Positions 8,006 to 17,650 of a stretch of DNA of 64,000 bases are shown one piece after another. The stretch covers positions 14,063 through 78,062 of the forward strand of contig JBBQZX010000030.1 in the NCBI GenBank assembly GCA_038207335.1. Direction: 5' to 3'. The number at the start of each line of letters is the position of its first letter. Within the stretch, counting starts at the first letter, position 1. Below the pieces are notes generated by a model. It had not been told where the DNA came from, ran no database searches, and saw only the letters and a list, made by a program, of their open reading frames with translations. The position numbers and the translations under genes were made by a program. Source of the DNA: Chthoniobacterales bacterium (GTDB taxonomy: Bacteria > Verrucomicrobiota > Verrucomicrobiia > Chthoniobacterales > Chthoniobacteraceae).

Positions 8006-10468
8006 CTACCTCGGGGTGAAAGTCACGCCACCGGTCTGCGCGGCACCCGGGAAGTGCCCCGTGCCCCCATTGTCATCCTGCTGCAGCACGCCGTTGAATT
8101 TGATCGCCTTCGCACCCGCCACCGGCACGAATTTCCCGCTCAGCAACCCCGTCGCGCGGTTGATCGTCGCGCTTACTTTGTTCGCATTCGGCGCGTCGGG
8201 AACCACTTTGTCCGCGGCGCTCACCGTGGCGGCGGCGTTCACATCCGCGATGCCCGCGCCGGTGAATTGCACATCTACTTTCGCGTTCACCGTGTCGGTG
8301 AAGACCAGGCTGCGCATCCCTTTGGCCGCAGGTAAAAAGAGCGCGCCATCGGCATCCGTCGTCGCGTCGAAGCCCGTGGCGAAGAGCCCCCCGGCCTTCG
8401 CCTGCGCGGGCTTGCGCCACGCGAGCGTGCCACCGACGAGCGTGCGCGCGCCGCTGCCGTCGAATGTCAACGTGCCCGCGAGTTCGCCCTTGGGCTTCAC
8501 GTAGAGCGGCACGTAGATCGTCGCAGCGTTGTCGGCGTTAAGGAAGGTGCTCGTGGAAAAGGCCACGTCATCCCCAAGCCGGCCGGTCAGCGTCAGCTTG
8601 CCGAGCTTCGTCAGCTTTGCTGTCGCCCAGCCTGCGCCGCGCGGGTGTGCCGCGTCGGCATCCGCGGGCAGCACCACGGTGTAAGCCCCCTCGCTCACGC
8701 CCGGAGGCAGCGCGGTCAGCCCGACAGCGATCGAGGCAATCACGTAAGCCGCCCCATCCCCCGTGACCTGCCCGGCGACGAGCGCGTTGTCGTCGGCGTC
8801 GAAGTCGAAGTCGAGCGTGACCACCAGGTCGGGCGTCCCGGTGGGCTTGCGCTTGAAAGTCTGCGTGAAATGCCCGCCGAAATCCACACTGCCCTTCAGC
8901 GTGTAGCTCTTCCCCGCGACCACCACCTTCCCGCTCATCGCTCCGCCCGGCGAAAGCGTCGCGTTCAGCGCGCCCACCGTCGCCCCGCCGCCGCTCGTCA
9001 CGAGCTGATTGAACGACCCGCGCCACGCCAGGAACGGATTACTCACCGTCACCGTCGCGGTTGCCGTCTCCGCCCCGCCCGCCGAGATCGTGTACGTGAA
9101 AGTATCCGTGCCCGTGAAACTCTTCCCCGGCTTGTAACTCACCTTCCCCCCCACGATCGCCACCTTCCCCGCCACCCCCTGCGTCACCGACTTGATTCGC
9201 AGCGTCCTCCCAAAGGGCCCCCCATCATTCGCCAGCACATCCAGCTTCGACACCCCTCCGCGGATGCCCACCGCGTCGTCCTCCGCCGTCAGCGTTGCCG
9301 CCGCCAGCGAAAACGAGAAACCTCGCTTCGCGTAGCCCACGTCAAATGCTTCCACCGCCATCGTCACGTCCCCGTCCCACCAGCGCCCGCCCTCCGGCAC
9401 CGCAAATTGCGTCGGCTCAAATCCATCCCAGTCATCGCCCTCATTCACGACCGTCTCCAGCCCGCCCCCGCTCTTCTCCAAATAGATCCCCACCTGCCGC
9501 GGCAGCGCGAACTGATTATTCCGCCCCCCGATCACCGCCACCCGACCATTGCGCAGCGAAGCCGACGCGAAATAAAAGAAATTCCCCGTTCCATCGGGGA
9601 TCGGCGACTGGGACTTCGCCACCAGCGACCACGTCCCCCCGATGCGCTTCCACACGCCGCCAGAGACATCCTCGAGCACCAGCGCCACATCCGTCCCTTC
9701 ATTGGAAAATGCCACCGCGCTGTAGCTCAGGAGCGGTGGCGTCGTCGCCCCAGGCAGCGTCATCGAGTCATCATACACCGTGCTGATCGTCCCATTCGCG
9801 ATCTGATACACCCCGCGCCGCCCTCCCCCTTCTCCATAAAACATCACCACCCCGTTCCGCACGGTCGGCGACCAGAGGAACGTGAACTTCGACCCCGCCG
9901 TCCCGCCCGGCACCGGCGTCACCCCATCCTGCGCGAGGATCGAGATGCTCCCCCCCGTCACCCGGCACACCGCGAAGACTTTCACACTCCCGATCGCCTG
10001 CCGCTCCGCGAGGAAAACCACCGTCCCATCGATATCCAGACTGGCATGATGCACATGCAGATAGTGATCCGACGTAATCCCCGGAAACGTGCTATTAAAA
10101 TCCACGATCTTCGTCGCCCCATTCAGAAAAATGGCGGGCGTCCCTTCAAACCCCGCGCCCGAGTCCGGCGGGATCACCAGTTGCCCCGCATTCAGCAGCG
10201 TCGTCGCATTCGCATCAAAGGGAAAACCGACCGGAAAATCCCCAAACCCATTCGGCCGCGTCTCAGCCGCCACATCCCCGCTGCTGGACTTCAGCGTCTT
10301 ATCGCCATTCGCCGACTGATCCAGCCAGTAAACCCTTCCCTCCGGCCCCACCACCGGCGCCGAATTGATGTCATTCGCCACCAGCGGCGAGATCGTATTG
10401 CCGCCTGCGGCGAAAAGCGAAGACGACAGCGCGATCCACACCGCGCACAGATTCCGGAGGGTCGTCAT
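8006..10468 (-). CDS. Large secreted protein: propeller-like N-terminus, Ig-like (Big_9-type) domain, beta-rich C-terminal domain
   Basis: Signal peptide; AEDD...LDVLAND...YKPGKSFTGTDTFTYTIS Ig-like signature. Confidence 0.8.
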   Translation of the reverse strand: MTTLRNLCAVWIALSSSLFAAGGNTISPLVANDINSAPVVGPEGRVYWLDQSANGDKTLKSSSGDVAAETRPNGFGDFPVGFPFDANATTLLNAGQLVIPPDSGAGFEGTPAIFLNGATKIVDFNSTFPGITSDHYLHVHHASLDIDGTVVFLAERQAIGSVKVFAVCRVTGGSISILAQDGVTPVPGGTAGSKFTFLWSPTVRNGVVMFYGEGGGRRGVYQIANGTISTVYDDSMTLPGATTPPLLSYSAVAFSNEGTDVALVLEDVSGGVWKRIGGTWSLVAKSQSPIPDGTGNFFYFASASLRNGRVAVIGGRNNQFALPRQVGIYLEKSGGGLETVVNEGDDWDGFEPTQFAVPEGGRWWDGDVTMAVEAFDVGYAKRGFSFSLAAATLTAEDDAVGIRGGVSKLDVLANDGGPFGRTLRIKSVTQGVAGKVAIVGGKVSYKPGKSFTGTDTFTYTISAGGAETATATVTVSNPFLAWRGSFNQLVTSGGGATVGALNATLSPGGAMSGKVVVAGKSYTLKGSVDFGGHFTQTFKRKPTGTPDLVVTLDFDFDADDNALVAGQVTGDGAAYVIASIAVGLTALPPGVSEGAYTVVLPADADAAHPRGAGWATAKLTKLGKLTLTGRLGDDVAFSTSTFLNADNAATIYVPLYVKPKGELAGTLTFDGSGARTLVGGTLAWRKPAQAKAGGLFATGFDATTDADGALFLPAAKGMRSLVFTDTVNAKVDVQFTGAGIADVNAAATVSAADKVVPDAPNANKVSATINRATGLLSGKFVPVAGAKAIKFNGVLQQDDNGGTGHFPGAAQTGGVTFTPR

Positions 10469-10549
10469 AGCCGCATCATAGGACACAAAAGTGCACCGTC
10501 AAACGCTCCTATCCGTCTTTGCAAAACCTATCGGGGCGGCGGCGCCCTT

Positions 10550-11185
10550 GGACTCCACCCCTCTCCCTCGATAGACCGAGCCACCGATGGTGATGCTATC
10601 GATTTTCGCCATCGCCCGTGATCGCGCCGGAGTAGTTTCCCGCGCCCTCTTCCAGACTTGCGCCCACGGAAATGCGGTCGATTTGGCCCGCGACGAAGAC
10701 GCCTCAGCTACTGGGAATGGCGCCGTCACTGCCTCCGCCGATGATCGAGCACGTCACGACGAGAGAATCGAGCGTGCCGGGTTCGCAAAGACCATCCCGT
10801 AGAGAGGTGCGCTGCCGTCGACCAGATCTCCGCCGATCGATATGGAGCCCAAAGCCAATGCGTTAGTGAACGCCGCGCTTCTCTTGTTGCCGATCTGCCT
10901 ACTGAATCGCCATCGCCGCCGATGACGGAGCCGCCGATGCGGGCGGAAAGTAGATCGCCGGTGACGTTCACGACGAACGAATTGACGTCGCCCGTGATCC
11001 CCGAAAAGTTTTGCGGATCGACGGGCAACCCGTAGCGGCCAAAGGAATTCACGGTCAGTGCCTTGATGGCCGGCGTGCCTGCGGTGCCGCTGTCGGCGGT
11101 GATGATGCCGAGATCGCCGGCGATGCTGACGGTGCGGAGGTCGTTCATCCCGGCACTGATCCGACCGACGATGGCCAACCCGTCG
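10550..11185 (-). pseudogene. Degenerate paralog of the Gly-rich repeat proteins at 55460-57934 and 58641-60593
   Basis: Fragments in several frames: DGLAIVGRISAG...VSIAGDLGII...AIKALTVNSFG; IGGSVIGG; LGSISIGGDL; KIDSITIGGSV. Confidence 0.7.
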
Positions 11186-11448
11186 AGGACTTCGATTGGT
11201 CTGGCGAATGTCTGTAGTATAATGTTCAGCGAGATTTCCAAACCGAGCATAACCCGCCCTCCACCCCACATCGGGTCTGATCTGCCGACTGCCGACGCCC
11301 TACCAGCAAGCACGCCCACGCGTCCCACTTCCCTGCCTCTCGGCTACGCCCAAAAAATTCCGCTTGATCGCGCCCGCATTTTCCCCGATTCATCCCACCC
11401 GCAAATGCAACAACGCGAGGCTCACCAGCCTCTCGTCCGAGCGAAAAT

Positions 11449-11523
11449 TCCTGAGTAGCTCAGCGGTAGAGCAATCGGCTGTTAACCGATCGGTCGTAGG
11501 TTCGATCCCTACCTCAGGAGCCA
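11449..11523 (+). tRNA. tRNA-Asn (GTT)
   Basis: Acceptor TCCTGAG/CTCAGGA, anticodon arm ATCGG-CTGTTAA-CCGAT, GGTTCGATCC T-arm, encoded CCA. Confidence 0.98.
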
Positions 11524-11703
11524 TCTCTGCAAGCCTTTGACTTTCAGAGTTTAAACTTCAGTGGCAGGCCGGTTTGGGGGCCGACTGCCAGCGGAATTGC
11601 CAGCAAATCGTTTGCGCGAACAGAATTCGCGCGAACTGGCGATTCCTCGGCACTTGCTCCCTCACCTGCACGGAGCGGCCCGTGGTCCACTCGACCTCGA
11701 CCG

Positions 11704-11999
11704 ATGAAATCCCGCTACCGTCTCTAGTGCCGCCGTGGTGGCGCGTTCTATTTGCACGATTCGACCACCGGAAAAAAGGCGAGCTTGCGCACGAAAAACA
11801 AGCGCGAAGCACCCACGGTCGGGAGTCATCACGGGACCGAAGCTTGCATGCTGCCGCCAGTCATTCATTCGACCACATCCGGAACAAGCCGATAGCGAAA
11901 ACGATCGCGGATGACTTCTTGATCGTTCTCAAACGTGGCGGATCAGCCGCGAACAACTATCTGCGACGCTTCCACAATCTGGCCCTCGACCTTGGCTTC
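11704..11999 (+). pseudogene. Tyrosine recombinase/integrase N-terminal remnant (premature stop, internal deletion, no catalytic domain)
   Basis: MKSRYRL*CRRGGAFYLHDSTTGKKASLRTKNKREA, then in another frame SFDHIRNKPIAKTIADDFLIVLKRGGSAANNYLRRFHNLALDLG; resembles integrase arm-binding and core-binding regions; directly after a tRNA. Confidence 0.7.
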
Positions 12000-12100
12000 A
12001 GGGAAGGGCACGGCATCGCTTGTTGGCGGCAGATGCTGCGTTCCCCCTCTCGAGAAAAGGTGTCATACGAAACCGGGTCTTTGACACTAATAGTAAATGC

Positions 12101-12646
12101 ATGGTCCTTTCCCCCGAACTGATCGATCGAGTTGCTGCTTTTCACGAAGATGCATTCGGTTGGGGGATGACCTGCTGCGGCGGGGATCTCCAGGCGGCTG
12201 CGGACACCTTGCAGGAATGCTACCTGAAGGTGGCGACGGGTCGGGCGACATTTGCCGGCAGGTCGTCTTTGAAAACATGGTGGCTCGCAGTAATCCGTTT
12301 GACCGCGCTCGAACAGTTGCGGGGGCAAGAGCGCTGGCAGCGAAGGGCGCTGGATTTCCGCGATTGGGTGGCCGCGCTGGGAGAAGAGGCGGCTCAGTCT
12401 TCGGCAAACGAGTTGGCAGCGCCGCCAGATGCGGACCAACTGGCGGCGGCGCTGGCTCAACTGCCGGCGCGGCAAGCGGAAGTCTTGCACCTTGTTTTTC
12501 AGCACGGGCTCAGCGTGAGCGACTCGGCCGCGGTGATGGGTGTGTCCGTGGGATCAGCACGGCAGCATTACGAACGCGCCAAGAAACGTCTTCGACAACT
12601 GCTCGCTGCGAACCTGCCGACGCCTCTTTGTGACCATGCACCGTGA
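12101..12646 (+). CDS. ECF sigma-70 factor
   Basis: Region 2 (AADTLQECYLKV...F.GRSSLKTW) and region 4 (LPARQAEVLHLVF...GVSVGSARQHYERAKKRLR). Confidence 0.9.
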   Translation: MVLSPELIDRVAAFHEDAFGWGMTCCGGDLQAAADTLQECYLKVATGRATFAGRSSLKTWWLAVIRLTALEQLRGQERWQRRALDFRDWVAALGEEAAQSSANELAAPPDADQLAAALAQLPARQAEVLHLVFQHGLSVSDSAAVMGVSVGSARQHYERAKKRLRQLLAANLPTPLCDHAP

Positions 12647-13016
12647 CGACGAATCTCAGTTGCAAGTCGCCTTCGCGGAATTGCATCGCCGACAACGTGA
12701 ACAAGCGCCGCCCTTCGGCGCCATGCGGGACCGCGCGTTGAGCGAAGCCGCCGGCCTGCATTGGGCGAGGCGCGTCCCCGCCTTGCGTTGGCAGTGGGCG
12801 GCGGCATCCGTCTGCGTAGCGGCGGCGGCGCTGTGGTGGATCGCCCGCGGACCGGAACTGGAACCTCCGGCACCACGCACGGCGGATACGGCACAGCGCG
12901 TGGAGGAGGTGCTGACGGCGATCGAGCAGGAACTGGATCTCACCGCCGCCATTTCTTCTCCCAACTTTCCCACCGACATCCTGCTCACCCGAAACAAAAC
13001 CGATCTATTCCCATGA
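12636..13016 (+). CDS. Putative single-pass membrane anti-sigma factor
   Basis: Overlaps the sigma gene; one TM segment (WAAASVCVAAAALWW). Confidence 0.7.
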   Translation: MHRDDESQLQVAFAELHRRQREQAPPFGAMRDRALSEAAGLHWARRVPALRWQWAAASVCVAAAALWWIARGPELEPPAPRTADTAQRVEEVLTAIEQELDLTAAISSPNFPTDILLTRNKTDLFP

Positions 13017-14080
13017 CACCTCGCTTCATCCCCTCGCTGATCTTCGCCGCCGCCGCGGCGGGAATTTTTCCATGCCCCATACTCGCCGAGGAACCGAAGC
13101 GCGAGTCCGCCGGCCCCGGGCCGGTCCTGGTGCCGTTCGATTTCTATCCGACGCATCGCAAGGAACTCGGACTCAACGAGGATCAAGCGCACGAAATGCA
13201 GCGCCTCGCGGAGGGTATGCGCGACTCGGGTCAGAAACTCGAAGCCGAAAGGCGCGAGCGCACGAGAGCGCTCCAGGAGGTGATGGCCCAGAGCCCCATT
13301 GATTCCGAAAAGGCGCTGGATCGCTTCCAGGCGGTCCTCAAAGCCGAGAACGAAATGAAGGCGCTCCAATTCCGCAGCGGGCTGGCGATGCGCAAGGTGC
13401 TCAGCCCCGAACAGACGGCAAAGCTGGAGTTGCTGGCGAAGAAGCAAATCGGCGAGGGCGGCGACGCCAATCGGGCCATCCGCGAGAGGCTCGATCAGGT
13501 GCGAGAGCAAATTCGCAGACGCGCCGGCGGCGGAGAGCCTCCGCGCGAGGTCATGGAAGGATTCAAGCAGATCGAGCAGTCGGCGAGGCAGGGTCGAATG
13601 GGTGAGGCAAAGGAACAACTCGAAGCGATGCTGCACCACCTGCGGGACGAGCCGGGATCACAGGCCTCGGCTGACGGCAAGCCAACCGGGGAGGCGCAGC
13701 GTGCGGAGCGCGAGCAGCAGATGCGCGGCATCAAGGAAAAGATGGAGCACACCGAAGATCCCGAACAGCGGGAGCGGCTGCAACAGCAACTCCGGAAGCT
13801 CAGCGCCGTCGAGGGACAGGCGCGCAAGTCATCGGAGTCCGACTCGCAAAAGGTTGAGGGCCCGTCCCATGCGAGCGGTGCGAAGGTGGAGAAACTGATG
13901 CGCGAGATCGGCGAAGCGGCGAAACGAACCGACAACCCGGAACTGCGCGAGCAACTCCAGGGTGCTCTCAAGGGTCTGCGCGAAGCAACGGAGTCGGGAA
14001 ACCGCGAAGCGGTCGAGAAAATCATGCGAGCCGTCGAGCCCGCTCTCCGCAACGCTGCGGGCGACGATCACACGGAGTAG
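13013..14080 (+). CDS. Periplasmic Spy/CpxP-like helical protein with extended C-terminal coiled coils
   Basis: Signal peptide; ELGLNEDQ and VLSPEQ LTxxQ-like motifs; ATGA coupling to the upstream gene. Confidence 0.72.
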   Translation: MTPRFIPSLIFAAAAAGIFPCPILAEEPKRESAGPGPVLVPFDFYPTHRKELGLNEDQAHEMQRLAEGMRDSGQKLEAERRERTRALQEVMAQSPIDSEKALDRFQAVLKAENEMKALQFRSGLAMRKVLSPEQTAKLELLAKKQIGEGGDANRAIRERLDQVREQIRRRAGGGEPPREVMEGFKQIEQSARQGRMGEAKEQLEAMLHHLRDEPGSQASADGKPTGEAQRAEREQQMRGIKEKMEHTEDPEQRERLQQQLRKLSAVEGQARKSSESDSQKVEGPSHASGAKVEKLMREIGEAAKRTDNPELREQLQGALKGLREATESGNREAVEKIMRAVEPALRNAAGDDHTE

Positions 14081-14113
14081 CGATACGGCCGTGGCAGCCT
14101 TTTTTTTGAACCC

Positions 14114-15208
14114 ATGAATACGAGACCGATTGCATCCGCGCTCCTCGCGGCGCTTTTCACGAGCGCGTCACTATTTGCCCAGGCTCCGGCGGGAGAAGTT
14201 GACTTCCAAAAGGCGCGGCAACTCATGCAGCGCGCGCAGGCCGGGGAAAACCTGACGGCAGAGGAACAGGCCTATCTCGACCGCGCCAGGGAGTTGCGCA
14301 AAGGCAAGGGCGGCGGTGGCAGCGCTGCCGGGCAACGGAAGGCGCCCGAGCATCTCCCGCCTTTGTCCGACATGACGGCGGGCGATCGTTACGAAGGCGA
14401 GGATGGCGGACTTTATGGAAATGGCTCCAACACTCCGCCCGAGGCGCACGCCAAGGCCGCGCAGGCGCAGCTCGCCCGCATTCAGCCGCTCGACGCAGCG
14501 GGAAAACCGGCGGCGGACGGCGGGATCGTGCTCGTCTCCCTCAGCATGTCGAACGCGACGCAGGAGTTCTCCCACTTCAAACAAATCGCCGACGCCGCGC
14601 CGCAAAAATCGTCGAAGCTCACGATCGTGGATTGCGCCCAGGGCGGACAGGCGATGGCGGAGTGGGCGCCGCCGGAAGGCCGTCCGTGGGCCGAGGCAAA
14701 GCAACGACTCACCCGCGCCGGCGTGACTCCCGAGCAGGTGCAAGTCGCATGGATTAAGCTGGCCAACAAAGCGCCGCGCGGTTCGCTCCAGGAACACGGC
14801 AAACAACTCGAGGCCGACACGCTGGCCATGCTGCACAATGCCCGCGCGCAATATCACAACCTGCGCATCGCATATCTCGGCAGTCGCACCTACGGAGGTT
14901 ACGCGACGGGCGGACTCAATCCCGAGCCCTACGCCTTCGAGAGCGCCTTCCCCGCCCGCTGGCTTATCCAGCGGCAGATCAAAGGCGACCCCGACCTGGC
15001 CGAAGCAAAAGCGCCGCTGCTGCTCTGGGGGCCGTATCTGTGGGCCGATGGACCGAAAGGTCGGAAACTGGACACGCTCGTCTGGGAGCGGAGCGACTTC
15101 GGCGGCGACGGCGTCCACCCGAGCGAATCGGGCCGCGAAAAAGTCGCCCGCCTGCTCCTCGATTTCTTCACCAGCGATCCACTGGCGAAGTCGTGGTTCG
15201 TGAAATAA
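14114..15208 (+). CDS. Secreted SGNH-hydrolase-like protein
   Basis: Signal peptide; SLSMSN and DGVHPS motifs. Confidence 0.65.
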   Translation: MNTRPIASALLAALFTSASLFAQAPAGEVDFQKARQLMQRAQAGENLTAEEQAYLDRARELRKGKGGGGSAAGQRKAPEHLPPLSDMTAGDRYEGEDGGLYGNGSNTPPEAHAKAAQAQLARIQPLDAAGKPAADGGIVLVSLSMSNATQEFSHFKQIADAAPQKSSKLTIVDCAQGGQAMAEWAPPEGRPWAEAKQRLTRAGVTPEQVQVAWIKLANKAPRGSLQEHGKQLEADTLAMLHNARAQYHNLRIAYLGSRTYGGYATGGLNPEPYAFESAFPARWLIQRQIKGDPDLAEAKAPLLLWGPYLWADGPKGRKLDTLVWERSDFGGDGVHPSESGREKVARLLLDFFTSDPLAKSWFVK

Positions 15209-15740
15209 CCACACAGCTACCTCCGCTCTCAACGTTTTCCGGGCACGCCGCACCGAAAATTCTGCCGGAGGACGAAGTTGCGGCGGTAGAGGCGCTCATC
15301 GGCGAAGGCTTGGAAGAGGCTGATCGGGCACAGCGCATCGCGGCAGCCGACCCAGATTTCGAACCGTAAAAGCGCAGGCGCATTGCGGAGAGCACCTCCT
15401 ATCCCGCCTTCACCGAGAAGGCTCGGGAATCGGGCCTGCGTTATTCCAGCGATACGCACCCCGGCATCCGTCTGGAGACGCGGGGAAGAATATCGTCAAT
15501 TTCAGAACGAGTGCCCGCGCGAAGGATGCCGACACTCTCGCAGGAGCGGTTGCGCAAGAGAAACGGGGCAGCCCCGCGCAGGCAGCCCGCTAAGTGCAAA
15601 GCGAGCGTCCGGCACGCACGGGCGGGCTCGGATTAAGACAAATGAACTGCAAGAAAAATTGCGCTCACGGCGAATTCTTCTCATCGTGAGAGGCTAATGT
15701 CTGGCGAGATCGCGGACGTACGCGACCACTTTGTCCCCAC

Positions 15741-16670
15741 ATGATGTCCGAGCCCAAAGCACTTGATGTGGTGATCGTGGGAGGTGGGCCGGCGGGCCTG
15801 AGCGCGGCGCTTGTTCTCGGGCGCTGTCTGCGCCGCGTGCTCATTTTTGATGCGGGCGAACCGCGGAATGCTCCGGCCCGCGTCTTCAACGGATATCTTT
15901 CGCGCGATGGTTCGACGCCGGGAGAATTTTTACAAATCTGTCGGCAACAACTCACCCGCTACAAAACTGTCGAGTTGCGCAAAACCAAGGTGAGAGGCGC
16001 GCAGCGAAACGGCGGCGGCTTCTCCGTCACGTTGGAAAACGGTGCGGTGATTGAATCGCGAATGTTGCTGCTCGCGACGGGCGTCGTGGATGAGTTGCCG
16101 GAGATCGAAGGCTTCAAGCGCTTTTACGGCAAGTCCGCCCATAGTTGTCCGCTGTGCGACGGCTGGGAGCATCGCGGAGAAGGCGTGGTCGTGACGGGCG
16201 GAAACCAGGACGCGGCCGATCTTGCAATCGAAATGCTGCAATGGAGCAAAGACGTGGCATTTTGTGCAAACGGCCCGCTGAAGTGCGACGCAAAAGCGCG
16301 CAAGCAAATCGCTGGTGGCGGTATTCGGGTCATTGAAACGCCGATCGCGCGGCTCGAAGGCGAAGGTGACTCGCTTGCGGGTGTGCGTTTTACCGATGGC
16401 AGTTTCCTGCCTCGCACGGTGCTTTTCTTCTCGCCGGGTCAGCATCAAAAGTCGCCGCTCGCCGAACAACTCGGATGCGAGTTTTGCCCCGAAGACGGTT
16501 GTATTAACTGCGACGAAAAGGCAGCGACGTGCATTCCCGGCCTTTATGCCGCGGGCAATGCGAGCCGGGGCGTCCAGATGGTAATCGCGGCTGCGGCCGA
16601 GGGGACCCTGGCCGCGGTGGCAATCAATAACGCGCTCGTCGAAGCCGATGCGGAGAACGGCGAGCTTTAG
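15741..16670 (+). CDS. FAD-dependent thioredoxin-reductase-like oxidoreductase
   Basis: GGGPAG, LATGVVD and CPLCDG motifs; GLYAAGN. Confidence 0.9.
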   Translation: MMSEPKALDVVIVGGGPAGLSAALVLGRCLRRVLIFDAGEPRNAPARVFNGYLSRDGSTPGEFLQICRQQLTRYKTVELRKTKVRGAQRNGGGFSVTLENGAVIESRMLLLATGVVDELPEIEGFKRFYGKSAHSCPLCDGWEHRGEGVVVTGGNQDAADLAIEMLQWSKDVAFCANGPLKCDAKARKQIAGGGIRVIETPIARLEGEGDSLAGVRFTDGSFLPRTVLFFSPGQHQKSPLAEQLGCEFCPEDGCINCDEKAATCIPGLYAAGNASRGVQMVIAAAAEGTLAAVAINNALVEADAENGEL

Positions 16671-16804
16671 CGGACCGACCGCACTTGAACCTTCTGCCAG
16701 AGTTTCGCAGCGCCATAGACGAACGCCGCCGGTTTGAGCAAGCGCAACGCAAAACGAATCACGCCCGACGGATGGTCCGTTGCGCACTAATGCGCTGAGC
16801 AGCA

Positions 16805-17650
16805 ATGCCTTCCATGCGCAAAGTTTCACCACTCTCACCGAAACGTGCGGGAGCTGTGCCGCGGAGAATCGACTCATTGCGCCGCCGATTCCCGGCTCAG
16901 GTCAATTGGTTGGCGGCGCGCTTTTCTGCCGAGGGTAATTTTGGATTGCACCTCACGCTCGGCGCGCTGGCGTTGCTCGCGATGGCGTGGATTTTCGGCA
17001 GCATTGCGGAAGACGTGGTGACACGCGATCCGATCGTCTTGCTCGATCAAAAAGTCGCAAACTGGTTTCGACAGCACGGCACGGCGGCCTTTTTTCAGGC
17101 GATGTCCGTGGTCACATTCTTCGGTTCCGGCCTCTGGATTTTTTGCGTCGCCGCCTGCGGAGCGGCGCTCCTGAGTTGGAGGCGGGCTTGGTATCGCTTG
17201 CTCATTCTGCTTCTCGCCGTTCCGGGCGGCGCGTTGCTCAATCTGTTGCTGAAAATGGCGTTCCACCGAGAACGCCCGCTTTGGGACCATCCGCTCGTCG
17301 TCCTTCATAGCTATAGCTTTCCCAGCGGACACACGATGGGAGCCACGTTGTTCTACGGTTTAGCGGCAGTGTTAGGATGTTACTGGGTGCGCACCTGGCG
17401 CGGGCGGGTTTCCATCGTTGCTACCGGGAGCTGCGCTGTGTTCCTGATAGGTCTCAGCCGCGTCGCCTTGGGAGTGCATTTCCTGAGCGACGTGCTCGCC
17501 GGAGCGGCTGCCGGACTCGCGTGGCTGTCTCTTTGCGTGACATCGGTCGAAACACTGCGCCGGCGGCATTTGGCGCAGTCGCGGGCCTCGCATGGAATTC
17601 ATGCCTCCGCGAAGTCCGAAGTGCCGCAGGTCAGCGATACTCCAAGGTGA
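16805..17650 (+). CDS. PAP2 family membrane phosphatase
   Basis: KMAFHRERP, SFPSGH and SRVALGVHFLSDV motifs. Confidence 0.92.
   Translation: MPSMRKVSPLSPKRAGAVPRRIDSLRRRFPAQVNWLAARFSAEGNFGLHLTLGALALLAMAWIFGSIAEDVVTRDPIVLLDQKVANWFRQHGTAAFFQAMSVVTFFGSGLWIFCVAACGAALLSWRRAWYRLLILLLAVPGGALLNLLLKMAFHRERPLWDHPLVVLHSYSFPSGHTMGATLFYGLAAVLGCYWVRTWRGRVSIVATGSCAVFLIGLSRVALGVHFLSDVLAGAAAGLAWLSLCVTSVETLRRRHLAQSRASHGIHASAKSEVPQVSDTPR

Noticed and set aside
8645..10621. Long antisense or alternate-frame ORFs (also 3167-4924, 26832-28337, 61203-63485 and others)
   Set aside because: Shadow ORFs of GC-rich genes; Arg/His/Pro-rich with no motifs.
14087..14107. Terminator before the SGNH-like gene
   Set aside because: A T-run is present but the stem is only about 3 bp.
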